Below are positions 49,200 to 61,514 of a DNA stretch of 64,000 bases, in pieces. The stretch lies in the NCBI RefSeq assembly GCF_000143415.4, contig NW_003314351.1:377470-441469 (forward strand). Direction: 5' to 3'. Both the position numbers and the translations under genes were made by a program. The notes under the pieces are model-generated. The model was not told the DNA's origin. It saw only the letters and a program-made list of their open reading frames with translations, and ran no database searches. Source of the stretch: Selaginella moellendorffii. Lineage: Eukaryota; Plantae; Lycopodiophyta. Numbering within the stretch: the stretch's first letter is position 1; each line of letters opens with the position of its first letter.

Positions 49200-50150
49200 T
49201 ACCCAACAAAGTCACGCTAGGAGTAATATAATTGTTGATAATCTTGGAAGAAACCTCATAAAAATGTTAAACCATCAAAAGATAAATGTGCACTTGGATT
49301 ATCACATAGTGTACCATTTTGTGTTCCGCATCCACATAATATTGGATTGTTGCAATGGAAATCATCTCCTGGTGCACTGCAACAAGCCACTTTATAAGTT
49401 TTAAATCCATATTGATCCATATTTCATAAGCTCAGTGCGTGCAGAGAACCAATCAAAATAGTATAGTTCAATATCATCGTTCTGATTTTTAATATCATTC
49501 ACGATATCCAAAATAGCTTAATAATATTTGTATATTGCATACCCCCAATATCAACAAACTCTTGTAAATAGCCACGAGAACAATCTTGACGAGGAAGATT
49601 CATCACCAGAAAATGTTTGGCACCAGAATTATATAAATCCATAATACTAGATTTAATGCCAGCCACCACAGATGGAATTGATATTTTCCATATTGCATAC
49701 CATAATTAGGATTATTACCAATATAATAAAGTGCTTTATCTTTATGAAGTTGTAATATTGTTTATGTCATAGAAAACCTGAAACTTGCGTAGATAAAACA
49801 TGAGAACAGAAGTATTATAATACTAGTTGGACGAACAGTCACTCCAAATTCAAGCCCATAAAATAAGTTCCATTGTAAGTCAAGCTAAAATCTCCAAGCT
49901 TGAGAGAACAAGCTAGATAATCAATACAAATATATCCATCCCCTGTGGCTTTTCCAAGTGTCACTCAATATGGCAAATTTCCAGAGAGACTAAAAGCGCC
50001 AGCAGCAACTGCTTCAAGGTTGCGGTTGCCAGTATCAGAGAGTGAATCAGTAAAGCTAAAGATTGCTGAGGAACACAAGTGCCATTGAATTTTTTGGCAC
50101 TATCACCACCTTTGAATCAAGGAGAATTGAAAAGAATGAACGGAAAGCCA
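49200..50150 (-). pseudogene. GDSL lipase pseudogene, copy 2
   Basis: Duplicate of 36060-37010. Confidence 0.72.
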
Positions 50151-50409
50151 TGGAAAAAACAAAAAAGACTTGATGAAAACAATGACCTTATATATGCCAT
50201 TTTTATCTGAAATGTTGATATTTTTGTGGGAATAATCTTTAAAATATATATTTCTTTCTATACTAGTAACATAGGATTAAATGGCGATGGCGTTCCAGGA
50301 CAAAACGTAAGTTATATAATAGATACCCTTTTCCCATGTCAGCCTTTCTAAAGGCTGCCATTCCAAATGCTACAAAATGACCACTATCCGCTAGCTAGAA
50401 AAGTTATTT

Positions 50410-51675
50410 GTACGATGATGATCATGTCAGTGTTACCGGTTCATAAGTGTGGATAACAATACATATGCTCCTCCCTGCTCTGGATTCATCCTGAATACCA
50501 TGTTTGCAGCACGGCCCCCGTTCTGTAAGACTCTACGGCTGGCCCAAGCAAGCTAGTCCACTCCAAAACATGGCAGGTTTGCAATGGCCTCATTGAGATG
50601 CCCTGACCGGCCCAACAGATCCACAAAGCATCGATTGGCTCCATTCCATAGTCTGCTACCACTGAAGCAAAGGCACTACCTTCCTCGCCTCACATTTCCA
50701 GTATGGCTGCAAGCCACCAGACCCAAAACAAAGCACGTCAAGTCCGGGAGGTGGAGTGTCTTTAGAGAACCAAACAGTTCCAATGCCTCAAATGAGCTAG
50801 GGCTACCAGCATCCCGGCATATGAAACCATGTCAGGCACGGGAATCAGGGCCAGCAGCTTCAAATCTCTGCCCAGATGCCCATTACCGGCATATACTGTC
50901 AGCACAGTATTCCACGTGGCAGATTCGTGTTGGGGGAGACTTACAAACATTCTTATGGCCTTGGTCAGATGCCCATGCTGAGAATATGCCGAGAGCATTG
51001 TGTTGAAGGATAGGAGGCCTTGCTCTGGCACGGGGTTGAAGTTGTGCTGTATCTCCTCGATTCCGTACGCCACACTTGCTTTTCAAGAGCAGCATTGTGG
51101 TCCATGACACAAGATCCCTCTGTGGCATTTTCTCAAACACGCACGTTGACTGCTCTATGCAACTGTGACTGGCATATGCCGCAAACATTGAGTTCCAGGA
51201 GACAATGTCCCTAAAAACATGGTTGTTGTGCATGAAACCAGGCTTCTTTCTGGCATCTCTTCTAGGAAGTTTGTAGATTCCTCTACACGACCGGCACGGG
51301 CATACGCTGCCAGCATGCCATTCCACGTCGCCACATCAAAGGAATACTGCCAAACAGCTGCTGGGAGAGATCCAGCCGTCCATTCTCGGAGCATGCCGCA
51401 GACTCGAACATCTTGACGCACTCTTGCATATGCCCAGTCCGGGCATATCCCGCCAAGGGCACATTCCAAGGCATGACGCTCTTGTGGGGCAAAGATTCTC
51501 TGGGCTTCCGCCAAAACCCCGTTCAGTACGTAGGCATTGAGCAGGAGATCCCAGGAGAAGGAATCTTTTCTGGGGAGCGAGTCAAACACGCGGCGGGCAT
51601 TAGAGACAGTAGAGCACCTCCCGTACATCTGGATGAGCTTGTTGCAAAGGAAGATGTCGCCGCTAGCCCAGTCAT
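50410..51675 (-). pseudogene. PPR pseudogene, copy 2 (additional ~73-bp deletion near the start)
   Basis: Duplicate of 37270-38619. Confidence 0.87.
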
Positions 51676-51715
51676 TCTTTCATTCTTTGTGAGTTTAGGG
51701 TTTTAGAAGGAAGCA

Positions 51716-54236
51716 ATGCTCCAGCAGCGGGTGAATGCGCTCACGGGGGAGAGCGAATGGATTCTCGTTGGCGATGGAGGCGACGGCGGCGATGCGAGCG
51801 ATCCCCTGGCAGAGAGCTCGTATCTTGACATGCTGAATGATCGCGCCAGGAACAGGGCATTCTCTTCAGCAATCGCGAAGCTCGGCCGCCATGGCCATGT
51901 CCTGGACATTGGGTGAGGCTAGAGAGATCCTTCTTTCGTTTCCTGAGCTCGTTCTTGACAGTGCTGGCACTGGGCTCTTGTCGCTCATGGCTTGGCGGGC
52001 AATGGAAGAGCAGTGCCAGGTGACTGCTTGCGAATCTTTTCTTCCAATGTACAAGCTGGCTCGCAAAGTTTGCCGAGACAATGGGACGATGGGAGCGATC
52101 AAGCTGCTCCATATGGGCTCGGATGAGATCAAAGTCGGGGTGGACATCTCTAGCAAAGCCGATGCATTGGTACGCTAAGTCTGTACACGTTCTTCTTCTT
52201 CGTTTCCTCTGGACTCTTTGTCTCTCCAGGTGTGTGAGATTTTAGACTCGGAGTTGCTTGGAGAAGGGATCATTCCAAGTCTAAGGCACGCTCATGAGCA
52301 TTTACTCCGGCCTAATGCTGCCACAGTGCCATATCGAGCTACTGTGTATGCCCAGGTATATAGCAAAGTCTTTTTTCTTAGCTCAGTGTTGAGTTTACTT
52401 CTTTCTCTTAGCTAGTCGAGAGCGACTTTCTCTGGAGATTGCACGACCTTCAAGGGGTAGAAGACCGGCTGCAGGACGGATTGGCTTTCGCTCCCAATGA
52501 TTTCTACTCTTACTTCAAGCACAGACAGCATGCGTTTCGCGTTGATGAAATCCCCGGTATGAAGCTGGTAATTTAGTAGAGTTCTCTTACAAGTTACCAA
52601 AACCCGTGGCGCTGCAGCTTTCCGAGCCGTTTGAGGCCTTCGTTCTTGACTTCTATAGAGCTCCAGATGTGCGTGGAGAATTTAATCAAGCCGTGCATGT
52701 CAACTTCTCTGGGACTGCTCACGCAATAGTTTCATGGTACGAAACTTGCTCGGATTCGCTACTTCTTGGTTCGCTTTCTTCTCTGCTTGAACTTGACAAG
52801 GTGGGTGCTGCAGCTTGACAAAGATGGCCTGGTTTGCTACTCAACTGCTCCTCGTTGGATCAGAGGTTTGTTTTCCTGTTTGATTCTTTGAGTAACTCCG
52901 CAGATTTGTGTTCTCAGGGGCAAGCGAGTGGTGTGACCATTGGAAACAATGTGTGTGGTTTCTTCCTGGACAAGGTGTTTCGGTGGAGGAGCAGTCGGAG
53001 CTTCGCGTCGTAGTCAGCCATGATGAAGCGTCAGTGCGGTATGACATCAATGGTGGTGTATGCTGTAATAGTTCAGCGTCTGGTTTCGAGCTGAGCCTAC
53101 AAAGGTGTCGCATGCTTGGTGACGGTAGCAGGCGTTCTATCATACAGTCTGCCATTCAGAAAGCTGTAAGTGTGTTTTGAATCTGTGAGTACGATTGTTT
53201 CTTTTTCTTTCTGTCCAGCTTGGAGAACGAGAACTTGGAAACTGTCTCATTCGGGATGACGGCCTGATGAGCGCCGTGTGTGCTCTATCTACACCGCATG
53301 GATCCTGCCATGTGGCTGGCTTGTTTCCAGGCTGTAGAAGAGATGGCTTGAAGTACTTGGAGAGCGTCGCGAGCAAGCTGTCTACTATACACAAAGACGT
53401 CAAGCATCTCACTGGGGACGATTTCAAGGGGCATAAAGTATACAGTCTTGCAACTCCATTGGATATGGACGGGTTTCTTTCTTTTCGCGACAGGTGGATG
53501 TTCTTCTAGGGGAGCCTTATTACGCCACGTACGAGCATGCGTTGCCGTGGAAGCAGCTTCGGTTTTGGTTCGTTTTCGTTTCGTTTTCTAAAGAGTTGGA
53601 AGTTGTTTTAAAGCAGTGAGAATCCAGGTACGAGAGAACGACGCTAAGTCCGTTGCTATCAGAGAACCCTATTATAGTTCCCTGCTTTGGAATTCTCTAT
53701 GGGATGGCTTGTCATCTTCCTGTAAGTTGATTATTTTCTCTGCAGTGACTTTGGTTTCATGTTGGCTAAATCAGGATTTGTGGCAAAGCCGCTGTCGCCT
53801 TGAAGAAGTCGATGGCTTTGATCACAGGTCATTGACAAAACCGTTTTCGCTGCTCGAGTTCAACATGCGTGAGGAAATTCAGAGTCTAAGTGGATTTGCA
53901 AAGGTTATTCAATTCTGTCCTCTTTGGTACCACTTAATGTTTTCTGCTACTTTTGCACAGGTTAGCGTTGTAAAGACTGGGCTCTGCCATGGAGTTGTCC
54001 TGTGGATGGACTGGGTGATGGATCCCGAGAACAAGGATTTGGTACTTTCAACGGGACTTATAAATCCAAGTGGGTAAGATTCTCTCCATCTCATCTCAAG
54101 GGTTTTCGTTTTACGTCTGCGCTGAAAGCAGGGCGTCATGCTTTTCCGAAAGCCACTGCAAGCCACGGAGACTTTAGAGCTCAACGCGTCCTTCGATTCA
54201 CAGACTGGAGAGATCAGCATCACTCGCGTGGTCTGA
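51716..54236 (+). CDS. PRMT7: PRMT7 copy 2 (AGA instead of TGA; last acceptor altered close to the gap)
   Basis: Same exon structure as copy 1; TGG ATC AGA at 52856-52864. Confidence 0.75.
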
Positions 54237-54347
54237 AGCCACAAACTCTTCTTTGCATTTAGGAAAACTTTTAAATCAACATCAGGTAAATTCCAAACAT
54301 TCAGTTCCTTGCTCTTGTGCTTCAAGTTCTTTGTTTGCTCTTTCATG

Positions 54348-54460
54348 NNNNNNNNNNNNNNNNNNNNNNNNNNNNNNNNNNNNNNNNNNNNNNNNNNNNN
54401 NNNNNNNNNNNNNNNNNNNNNNNNNNNNNNNNNNNNNNNNNNNNNNNNNNNNNNNNNNNN
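54348..54460. other. Assembly gap (113 N)
   Basis: Run of N. Confidence 1.
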
Positions 54461-55900
54461 GGGGTCAAGTGCAAGGTGCCAGCTGACTGTTTTACTCCTG
54501 GAAATTTCCGGTCGACGAAGGAAATCCTCCTGGGGCTGGAATATTCTGAAAGGAATATCCAGGGCATGGCCAGGCTATAGATTATTGGATTATAGTTTGT
54601 ATTGTAGTTCCTTACAAGGAGGATTTTTCCGGCAGATCAGCGGATGGCCTATTCTTGAATCTTGGCAATTTTGGCCTTTCTACCAGTTTATGTTTCTATG
54701 CAAAATCCTATGACTAGGTTACTTGGAATTTATGTTGTAGCTGTAGACACAAGAGGAGTAGGGCCATGACCTGTACAATGCTATAATTGTCACGAGTGCA
54801 GACATATATCCACAAATTATCTACATCATTAACAACAAGTTGGCTATCAACCAATTTATAGAATTTACATCACTAAAGGGGTCATAACTTCCTCTCACTA
54901 TACTTAGGCCACCATCTGGTCACTATTCTTTTTGGGTCTACCAACCTTTCTCCCTCTAGATCCACCATGCCCTAGGGGGGCTCTGGGGGGTTCTAGAAGT
55001 ATAGTAAGAATAGTGTGTGAGTTGGAGGAGTCGGATAGTTGAGGTCAGGTTGGGGCTAGATTCAGGTGGGTGCATGCTATGCATGGTGTTGCCATGCATG
55101 CACGAGCTCAGCCACAAGGGCTCCCTTGCCTTGGCTGCTTGATTGCCAGTAAAGCTCACAATAGTGTAGTATGATCAAATAAATGATCCATGAACCAACC
55201 AAAGTATTACACCTTGCCAAAGAACTATTACATATCATTCACGCATTTTGGTCTAGGAAACTTTAGCACTTCAAGCAAAATGTAATACCTAAAATAAGTA
55301 GTGTCTTTAGAACCAAACACATATTTAAACTGCTTTAGCTTCAAGCCAATCTTTCGCAACTAATCCAACACCTTGTGCACATCACCAACATGTTCCTCCC
55401 ATGTCTTATCTGAATAGATCAAAACATCATTAATGAAGTTGATAGTCACCTCTGGCAGATTGCAAAGAACCTCATCCATCATCTGGTGAAATATTATTAG
55501 AGCATTGTTCAAACCAAATGGCATGACCATGAACTCATACAGCCTGAAGGGTGTACAAAAAACAATTTTAGGAATGTCCTCCTCAACCATCAGTACCTGC
55601 CAATACCCTAATGCAAGATCCAACTTGGTGAACCATTGACTCCATCCCAAACGATCAAGTAGATCCATTGTGTGAAGAAGTGGGTATACATTAGGAACAA
55701 TCACATCATTAAACAAATAATAATTAATACAAAATCAAATGTTCCTATCAAACTTTGTCACAAGATGAGATTCATAAACCCAAGGATTCTAAGACTTTTG
55801 GATAACTCCTTTCTTCAACATATCCTTCACATTAGCTCACAACATCTTGATTTCCATGGGTGACCAATGTTGAACAGGAACCTTGATCTAACAAGCATCT
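54461..55900. mobile_element. Degenerate gypsy relic with minus-strand RT fragment (55360-55716); insertion-free paralogue of 597-873 + 6451-7297
   Basis: FTKLDLALGYWQV..FMVMPFGLNNA..FINDVLIYS. Confidence 0.8.
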
Positions 55901-58015
55901 TTAGTGGGAATAGGGATTGGTTGGGTTATCTAGAGAGGCAAGGAAGATCTCCTAGAAGAGCTCATCTTTCACATCAATTATCTTGGAGCTGACCAGCCAA
56001 CTTTCACTCTCAATTTTTCCAAAAGTTTGTTTTTCATTCTCAAAAGTTTGGTTCTTGTTCTTATCATCTCTCCATATGTGCTAATCAGATCATAGCTCAA
56101 TATTACTAGCTCATTTGTCTCAACTTCACGATAAGTTTTGGAAGAAAAAGAAAGTGTTTTTTTCATGAATTTCTAAGCCATTCCTCATGCATAAGATTGA
56201 GTTTATGGCCTTGCTCTCCAGAAACCACCAACACTATTCTAGTGGGCAGCTCTCTCCAAGTGATGAGATTCACAATGAGCTTGTGTGTGTACTCCCCCTC
56301 GATCCTTGCCACAATCTTTTTTGTTGCCATTGGCCTCGTAAAACTGTAACAGCAGTGGTGATCCACCTGTCAAGTGCTCCACACTGTGGAGCTGTGAGGA
56401 GCTGAGGCTTGACTGAGTGATTCAAGTCATAAGCTTGCTGGAGGTATAAGGCTTGTCAAAGTGGAATGTTTCCATCTCCTTTGAATACAATGTAAACTGT
56501 AAAAGTGAAAAAACTACTTAGCAGGAATAAAGATGCCAGCTGATTATTTTTTAACCCCAGCCAAGAATCAAGAATCGGATTCTGTCCTGCAAGCTCCAAG
56601 CTCAAAGGCTAGCTGGTTAACTAAACAAGAAGCACAAGTGAACTGCCTTAGTGATCTCTATTTTTATTTATGGCTCTTGTTTTGGTCGGAACAACAGGAG
56701 CATGCAGTCTTTTTATCGTTTAGAGTGTCATTGATCCTTTTTTTTTTCTCTCTTTGGGAATTTGTGGCTTTATAACTCAAGATATGCTCCTGTTCTTGCT
56801 GGGATGGTTCAGAAAGTTTTTAGAGTTTAGAAGTTCTAACCTCTACATCACTAGTGAGAGCTATGTAGGTTCATGTAGCTATGTAGCTATGTTATGCCTT
56901 GAGACTGGTGCAAGGGGTGCTCCTCTACTCGCGTGACTCTTTGTTTCTCAAAAGAATTGCTCTAATCCTCATAAGTCTCCATGTCCAGACCATTGTACCA
57001 TTGCAAAGCTATGCTTTGTAGATACATAAGAAACTCCCACAAACAACATGCATCATCCCAAGAATGATAGGAAGTGTTAATTGCATGATACAAGAAAGAA
57101 TATAAAAGAAAAAATAGTTTACTTCTAGCTCTCTCATCTCTACAGAGACAAGCTTGCTTGATTTTACTTCTCCAATTGTGATGAAGAAATCATCACTCTT
57201 CACACTCCACACCCTCCTCCACATCCCAATTTCATTCTAGTCAAGCCAAGCCCTAGAAATAATTACCCAAGCAAATTTTTCCATATGAACTCGAAGGGAA
57301 GGTTAGAAAATATTATTTAATTTAATAATGCACAAACCATAACACTGGCAAAATCTCAAATCAACATCTACAAACTCAGTGACATTAGTAAGAGTTAAAC
57401 AACAGTCACTCAAGGACTGTTGCCAATATTCTATCCAATCTAAAATGCACAGTGGCTTTCACCACTTTTAATTATGTCTAAGAAAAATGGCGAGCCATGA
57501 CTAAGTGGCCACAGTGAATCTCACAGCATCATCTAGTGGTCAGCGGCCATAGCCAATGCCATCCAACAGCTAGCGGCCATGACCAATACCATCTAGTGGC
57601 CAGCAGCTATGACCAATGCCATCCAACAGCCAATGGCGCTATGGCCAAGGCCATAGTGCCATAGCTAGGGCTGTGGCTAGAACTATGGCTAATAGGGCAT
57701 TGCTTAATGACACTATTGCAAACCTATAGCCATGAAGTTATTATATCTAGCCCACTTAATTGATCTAGTTACAAAACAAATCTGATGATTTGAAGAGGCC
57801 AATTTGGTGCCTTGCCAAAGCGTGATATCATTGATTGATAATGTTATATTAGAACAAAAGAGAAAGTCAATGTTTGATCAAGTGGAAAAAAAAAATAAAA
57901 ATGGAGAAGACTTCTCACCTTGTATCAAAAGAATGTTAAACTTTAACGCTAAACTAGACTAGATAACAGTCCTAGTGCTATTGTGCTCTTTGACAAGAAA
58001 CACTTCTCTAGTGAA

Positions 58016-58395
58016 TTAAGTTGGACATGAAGTTGCTAAAGCATTGTTCAAACCGAATGGCATCACCAAGAACTTGTACAAACCAAATGATGTACAAAAA
58101 GTGGTTTTGGGAATATCCTTCTTAACTATTGACCCAGAAACAAGATTTAACTTGGAATGATTTAAGAGAATAATAATGTGAGGAAGAGGGTATACATCCA
58201 GGATAGTTACTTTGTTTAACAAACAATAATCAATGTAGAAATGAATACACCCATTAAACTTTGTTACAAGATAAAATTTACACACCCAAGGACTATATGA
58301 CTTTCGGATAACACCTTTTTTTAATATCTTCTTGACATTTTCACTTAAAATCTTAATCTCCTTTGGTGATCGACAACAAACAAGAACCATGATTG
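58016..58395 (-). mobile_element. Degenerate gypsy RT fragment (continues at 61090-61115)
   Basis: [30 protein letters not shown]; PIPTGDACPI on the far side of the Cassandra. Confidence 0.8.
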
Positions 58396-61084
58396 TGTAA
58401 TCTCCTGAATTTAGACTTCCCAGGAGGTCACCCAACCCAGTATTATTCAAACCCAAGGATGTTTAACCCCAAATATCCCAAGCTTTTAATCGAATGGAAA
58501 AGGGAGTGCACTCTTGTTCATGGGCCTTTTTCCTCTGTATTTGAACCCCATGGATCGTCTCTCAAGTCGTTCTCTTTGGTTGCTTACAATTCACCACGCT
58601 TCCCTACAAGTTCACGCCCTCGTGAATGGAAGCTGAGAGCACCACGCTTCCCTACAAGTTCACGCCCTCGTGAATGGAAGCTGAGAGCCGCAGCTCTCTC
58701 GAGAGTCCCTTTGGGTCGATGAAACGTGTATGTACATTCCCCAATGTCCCGTAGGGACTAATACAAAAATTGGGCATGCTGCCCAAAGCTCATGCTACCT
58801 AGTGGTGATCTCCCTCATCTAAAGTGAGACTAGGCCTGCAGTAGAAGCGGCTGCGGTCGTCTCCGTCGTATCTCGTCCAGATCCACGTCCCCCCTTCGTG
58901 CTGACCGCAAGATCGACTCCGGGGGGCGCCATCTCCAACGAACCTCCTTGTGATCTCCTCTACCAAAACATGGCAGCCATGCTTTTTGCCACTCCTCGAG
59001 CCTCTCGAGCTTCCCCCTGTCCCGGAGGATAGCATGGTGAAGCCGTATTGCCGCCAGTGTAAGTCTCCACCACTCTACCAGTACCTGTGATACTCTGACC
59101 TGTGTCCCTTCGAAGTGTGCCCGGTTGCGTGCTTCCCAAAGGGCCTGGACTCCCGTCGCTCGCCATATTGCCCATCGAGCATGTCCAAGCGCCTCCCACA
59201 CGGGGACTCCTACCTCCGCCCCGGTCATGTCCCACCGGACCTGAATCCCCCAGCCGTGTCGTCCTCTGCACCTAATGTGTCGTAGGGCTGGGCCCTGGGC
59301 AGGGCCCCTCGCTTCCTCAAACCAGTGAAGCACATCCCCACTGCGGGCCTCAAAATCCTGTGTCACGCCCAACTCCTTCCCTGCCTTAATAATCTGGCGC
59401 CACACTTCCTTTGCAGTGTCACACTCCCACAGTGCATGCTTGACTGTCTCGATTTTGTCACACTCCCTGCACCTGCGACTCGCGTCGTCCTGGAATCGCT
59501 GTCCAACCGGAAGTCCATTGTTCGCTACCAACCACGAGGTGACTTTCACTTTTTCCTGCACGGGCAACTTCCAGAAGTGAATCGTGTTGTCCACCACTTG
59601 CTCCGCGCCGACCCCCTGTGCTATCCATTTCTGCCACAGCTTCGGAATCTCCTCTCTCGCCTCCTCTCGTGATGTCAGCAGTCCATTCCGCGCTTCCTTG
59701 ACTGCATAGGAGAAAAAGCTTCCTGTCCCTCGTCGCCATGCAGCAGGGTCCCAGTCTAGATCTTCTAGTAGCTGCTGTCGCCACCATATCAGTGATCCAT
59801 CGCCCTCCAGCAGGTCTTCCGAGTCCACCACGTCCAGCCTCTTGGGTGAGTGCCTAAGCACATGAATCCTCCCACGTACCTCATCGTCCGTGACGTCTGG
59901 CATCTCTTGTCTCTCACCCATCGGGAGAAGCGTGTCTCCTCTCGTGATGCGAAACGGCAGTCCTATGTTGAGCTCTGGTGCAGCAACGAACCACACCTCA
60001 ACGTCCCCTTCTTCCCATGCTGGTGTAGGTGCGGTGAATGCTCGAGTCCACGTCCCTAGCGGACGTCGCACAGCATCGTGTTCCTCCCACTCTGTTTGCC
60101 GCTGGATCGCCACAAAGTCCCCTGCTTGAAGGCATCTTCTCGGCCACTTCGTCCCTGCTTTCGTGTTGTTCACCACTCGGAGGAGTCGCAGAATGTCCAG
60201 CAGGATGTTACGTCGCTTCCAAGGTCCAAACACTTGAGTCCTTCTCGCTGTTCGCCACCAATCCCTGTCAATCACTCCCGTCAGCTGCTTCATTGTCCGG
60301 AATCCATTTGCGTGCATTTTCCTCCAGATCGTGTGGTGTGTCTCTCGTCCTAGTGTCACACCTCCCTCTTTGAACAGTGCATTGAAAAACAAAGGCTGGT
60401 TGAGCCACTCCTCGGCCCTGGTCGGTGGTGTTTGCTCCAGCGGAAAGGCTCTCCACAGTCGATGAAGGCTCTGGACGAAGTTGCCCCCCTTCACTACCTG
60501 CGTCGGTCCTTCTGCGAAGAGCCACCGTGGGTCCTCCTCTCACGGTTTGGCTGCATTGTGTCTGGGGCGTATCGCTAGGAGGCTCTGCCGAAACATGAGT
60601 CGCCACGGCTGTCTCCCCTGTTGCAAGCCCATGAGAAAAATCTTGTACCTCATCGCCTTCGCCATGTCGCTGGGGTCAATGATCCCTAGGCCCCCTAGAA
60701 TGCGCGGCCTCGCTGTAGATTAGTCCCTTTGGGTCGAGCCCAGCGGGAGCAAACTGGATCAGCTAGATGTCAATCAACATATGGTGTGATTCCCCTAGCC
60801 AACCAACAGAGTCGAACTTTCCAACAGAGTTGGACTTGAGACCGCTTTAATACCAAATATAAGCTCCTGAATTTAAGCTCTAATACCAAATATAAGCTCC
60901 TGAATTTAAACTTTCCGAGAGGTCACCCAGCCTAGTATTATTCAAATCCAAGGACGCTTAACCCCAAATATCCCAAAACCTTTAACCAATTGGAAAAGAG
61001 GGTGCACTCTTGTTCATGAGCCCTTTCCCTTTATATTTGAACCCCATGGATTGTCTCTCAAGTCATTCTCTTTGGTTGCTTACA
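58396..61084 (-). mobile_element. Older Cassandra TRIM (LTRs 58396-58588, ~60891-61084) carrying a LINE insertion
   Basis: TSD GATTG; diverged homologue of 24599-25193; internal tandem duplications. Confidence 0.9.
58720..60721 (-). mobile_element. 5'-truncated L1/Tx1-like LINE (ORF2 C-terminal part, stop at 58830)
   Basis: 16-bp TSD AGTCCCTTTGGGTCGA (58704-58719, 60722-60737); PRILGGLGIID; zf-RVT-like FWKLPVQEKVKVTSW..CRECDKIETVKHALWEC; LWEARN. Confidence 0.9.
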
Positions 61085-61115
61085 GATTGGACAGGCATCC
61101 CCAGTTGGAATAGGA

Positions 61116-61476
61116 TGTGAGACACAAAATCCCTAGGCCCCAAAGTGGAGCCGGAAGGGTGCCATGTGGTAGTGGCCGAAGCGAGAGCCAAATGAGCGTA
61201 ACACATTTGGACCAAAAGCTCCGACTTGAAAAGTCAAGAGCGAGAGTGGAACTCCCAACGAAGTGCTCGAGGAATGAGCACGAAGCGAGCAATAAGCGAG
61301 GCTCCAAAAAAGGACCCAAAAAGGACCAACACATGACACGTGGAAGTGTCCGAGATAGACCCGAGATGGATCCCGAGATGGAGTCCGAGATGGACCCGAG
61401 ATGGAGTCCGAGATGGACCCGAGAGGGAGTCCGAGATGGAGTCCGAGATGGAGTCCGAAGTCGAGACCGAGACCGG

Positions 61477-61514
<38 letters not shown>

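Larger units (their letters stand above)
45693..54347 (+). repeat. Tandem segmental duplication unit 2 (runs into gap)
   Basis: Offset 13,145 from unit 1; few SNPs and small indels. Confidence 0.95.

Noticed and set aside
54060-54347. Cluster of substitutions in PRMT7 copy 2 last intron and exon
   Set aside because: Adjacent to an assembly gap; likely low-quality contig end.
57530-57690. Short imperfect repeats (ATCTAGTGG.CAGC.GC.AT..CCAATGCCATCCAACAGC)
   Set aside because: Two to three degenerate units with no associated structure; no function can be argued.
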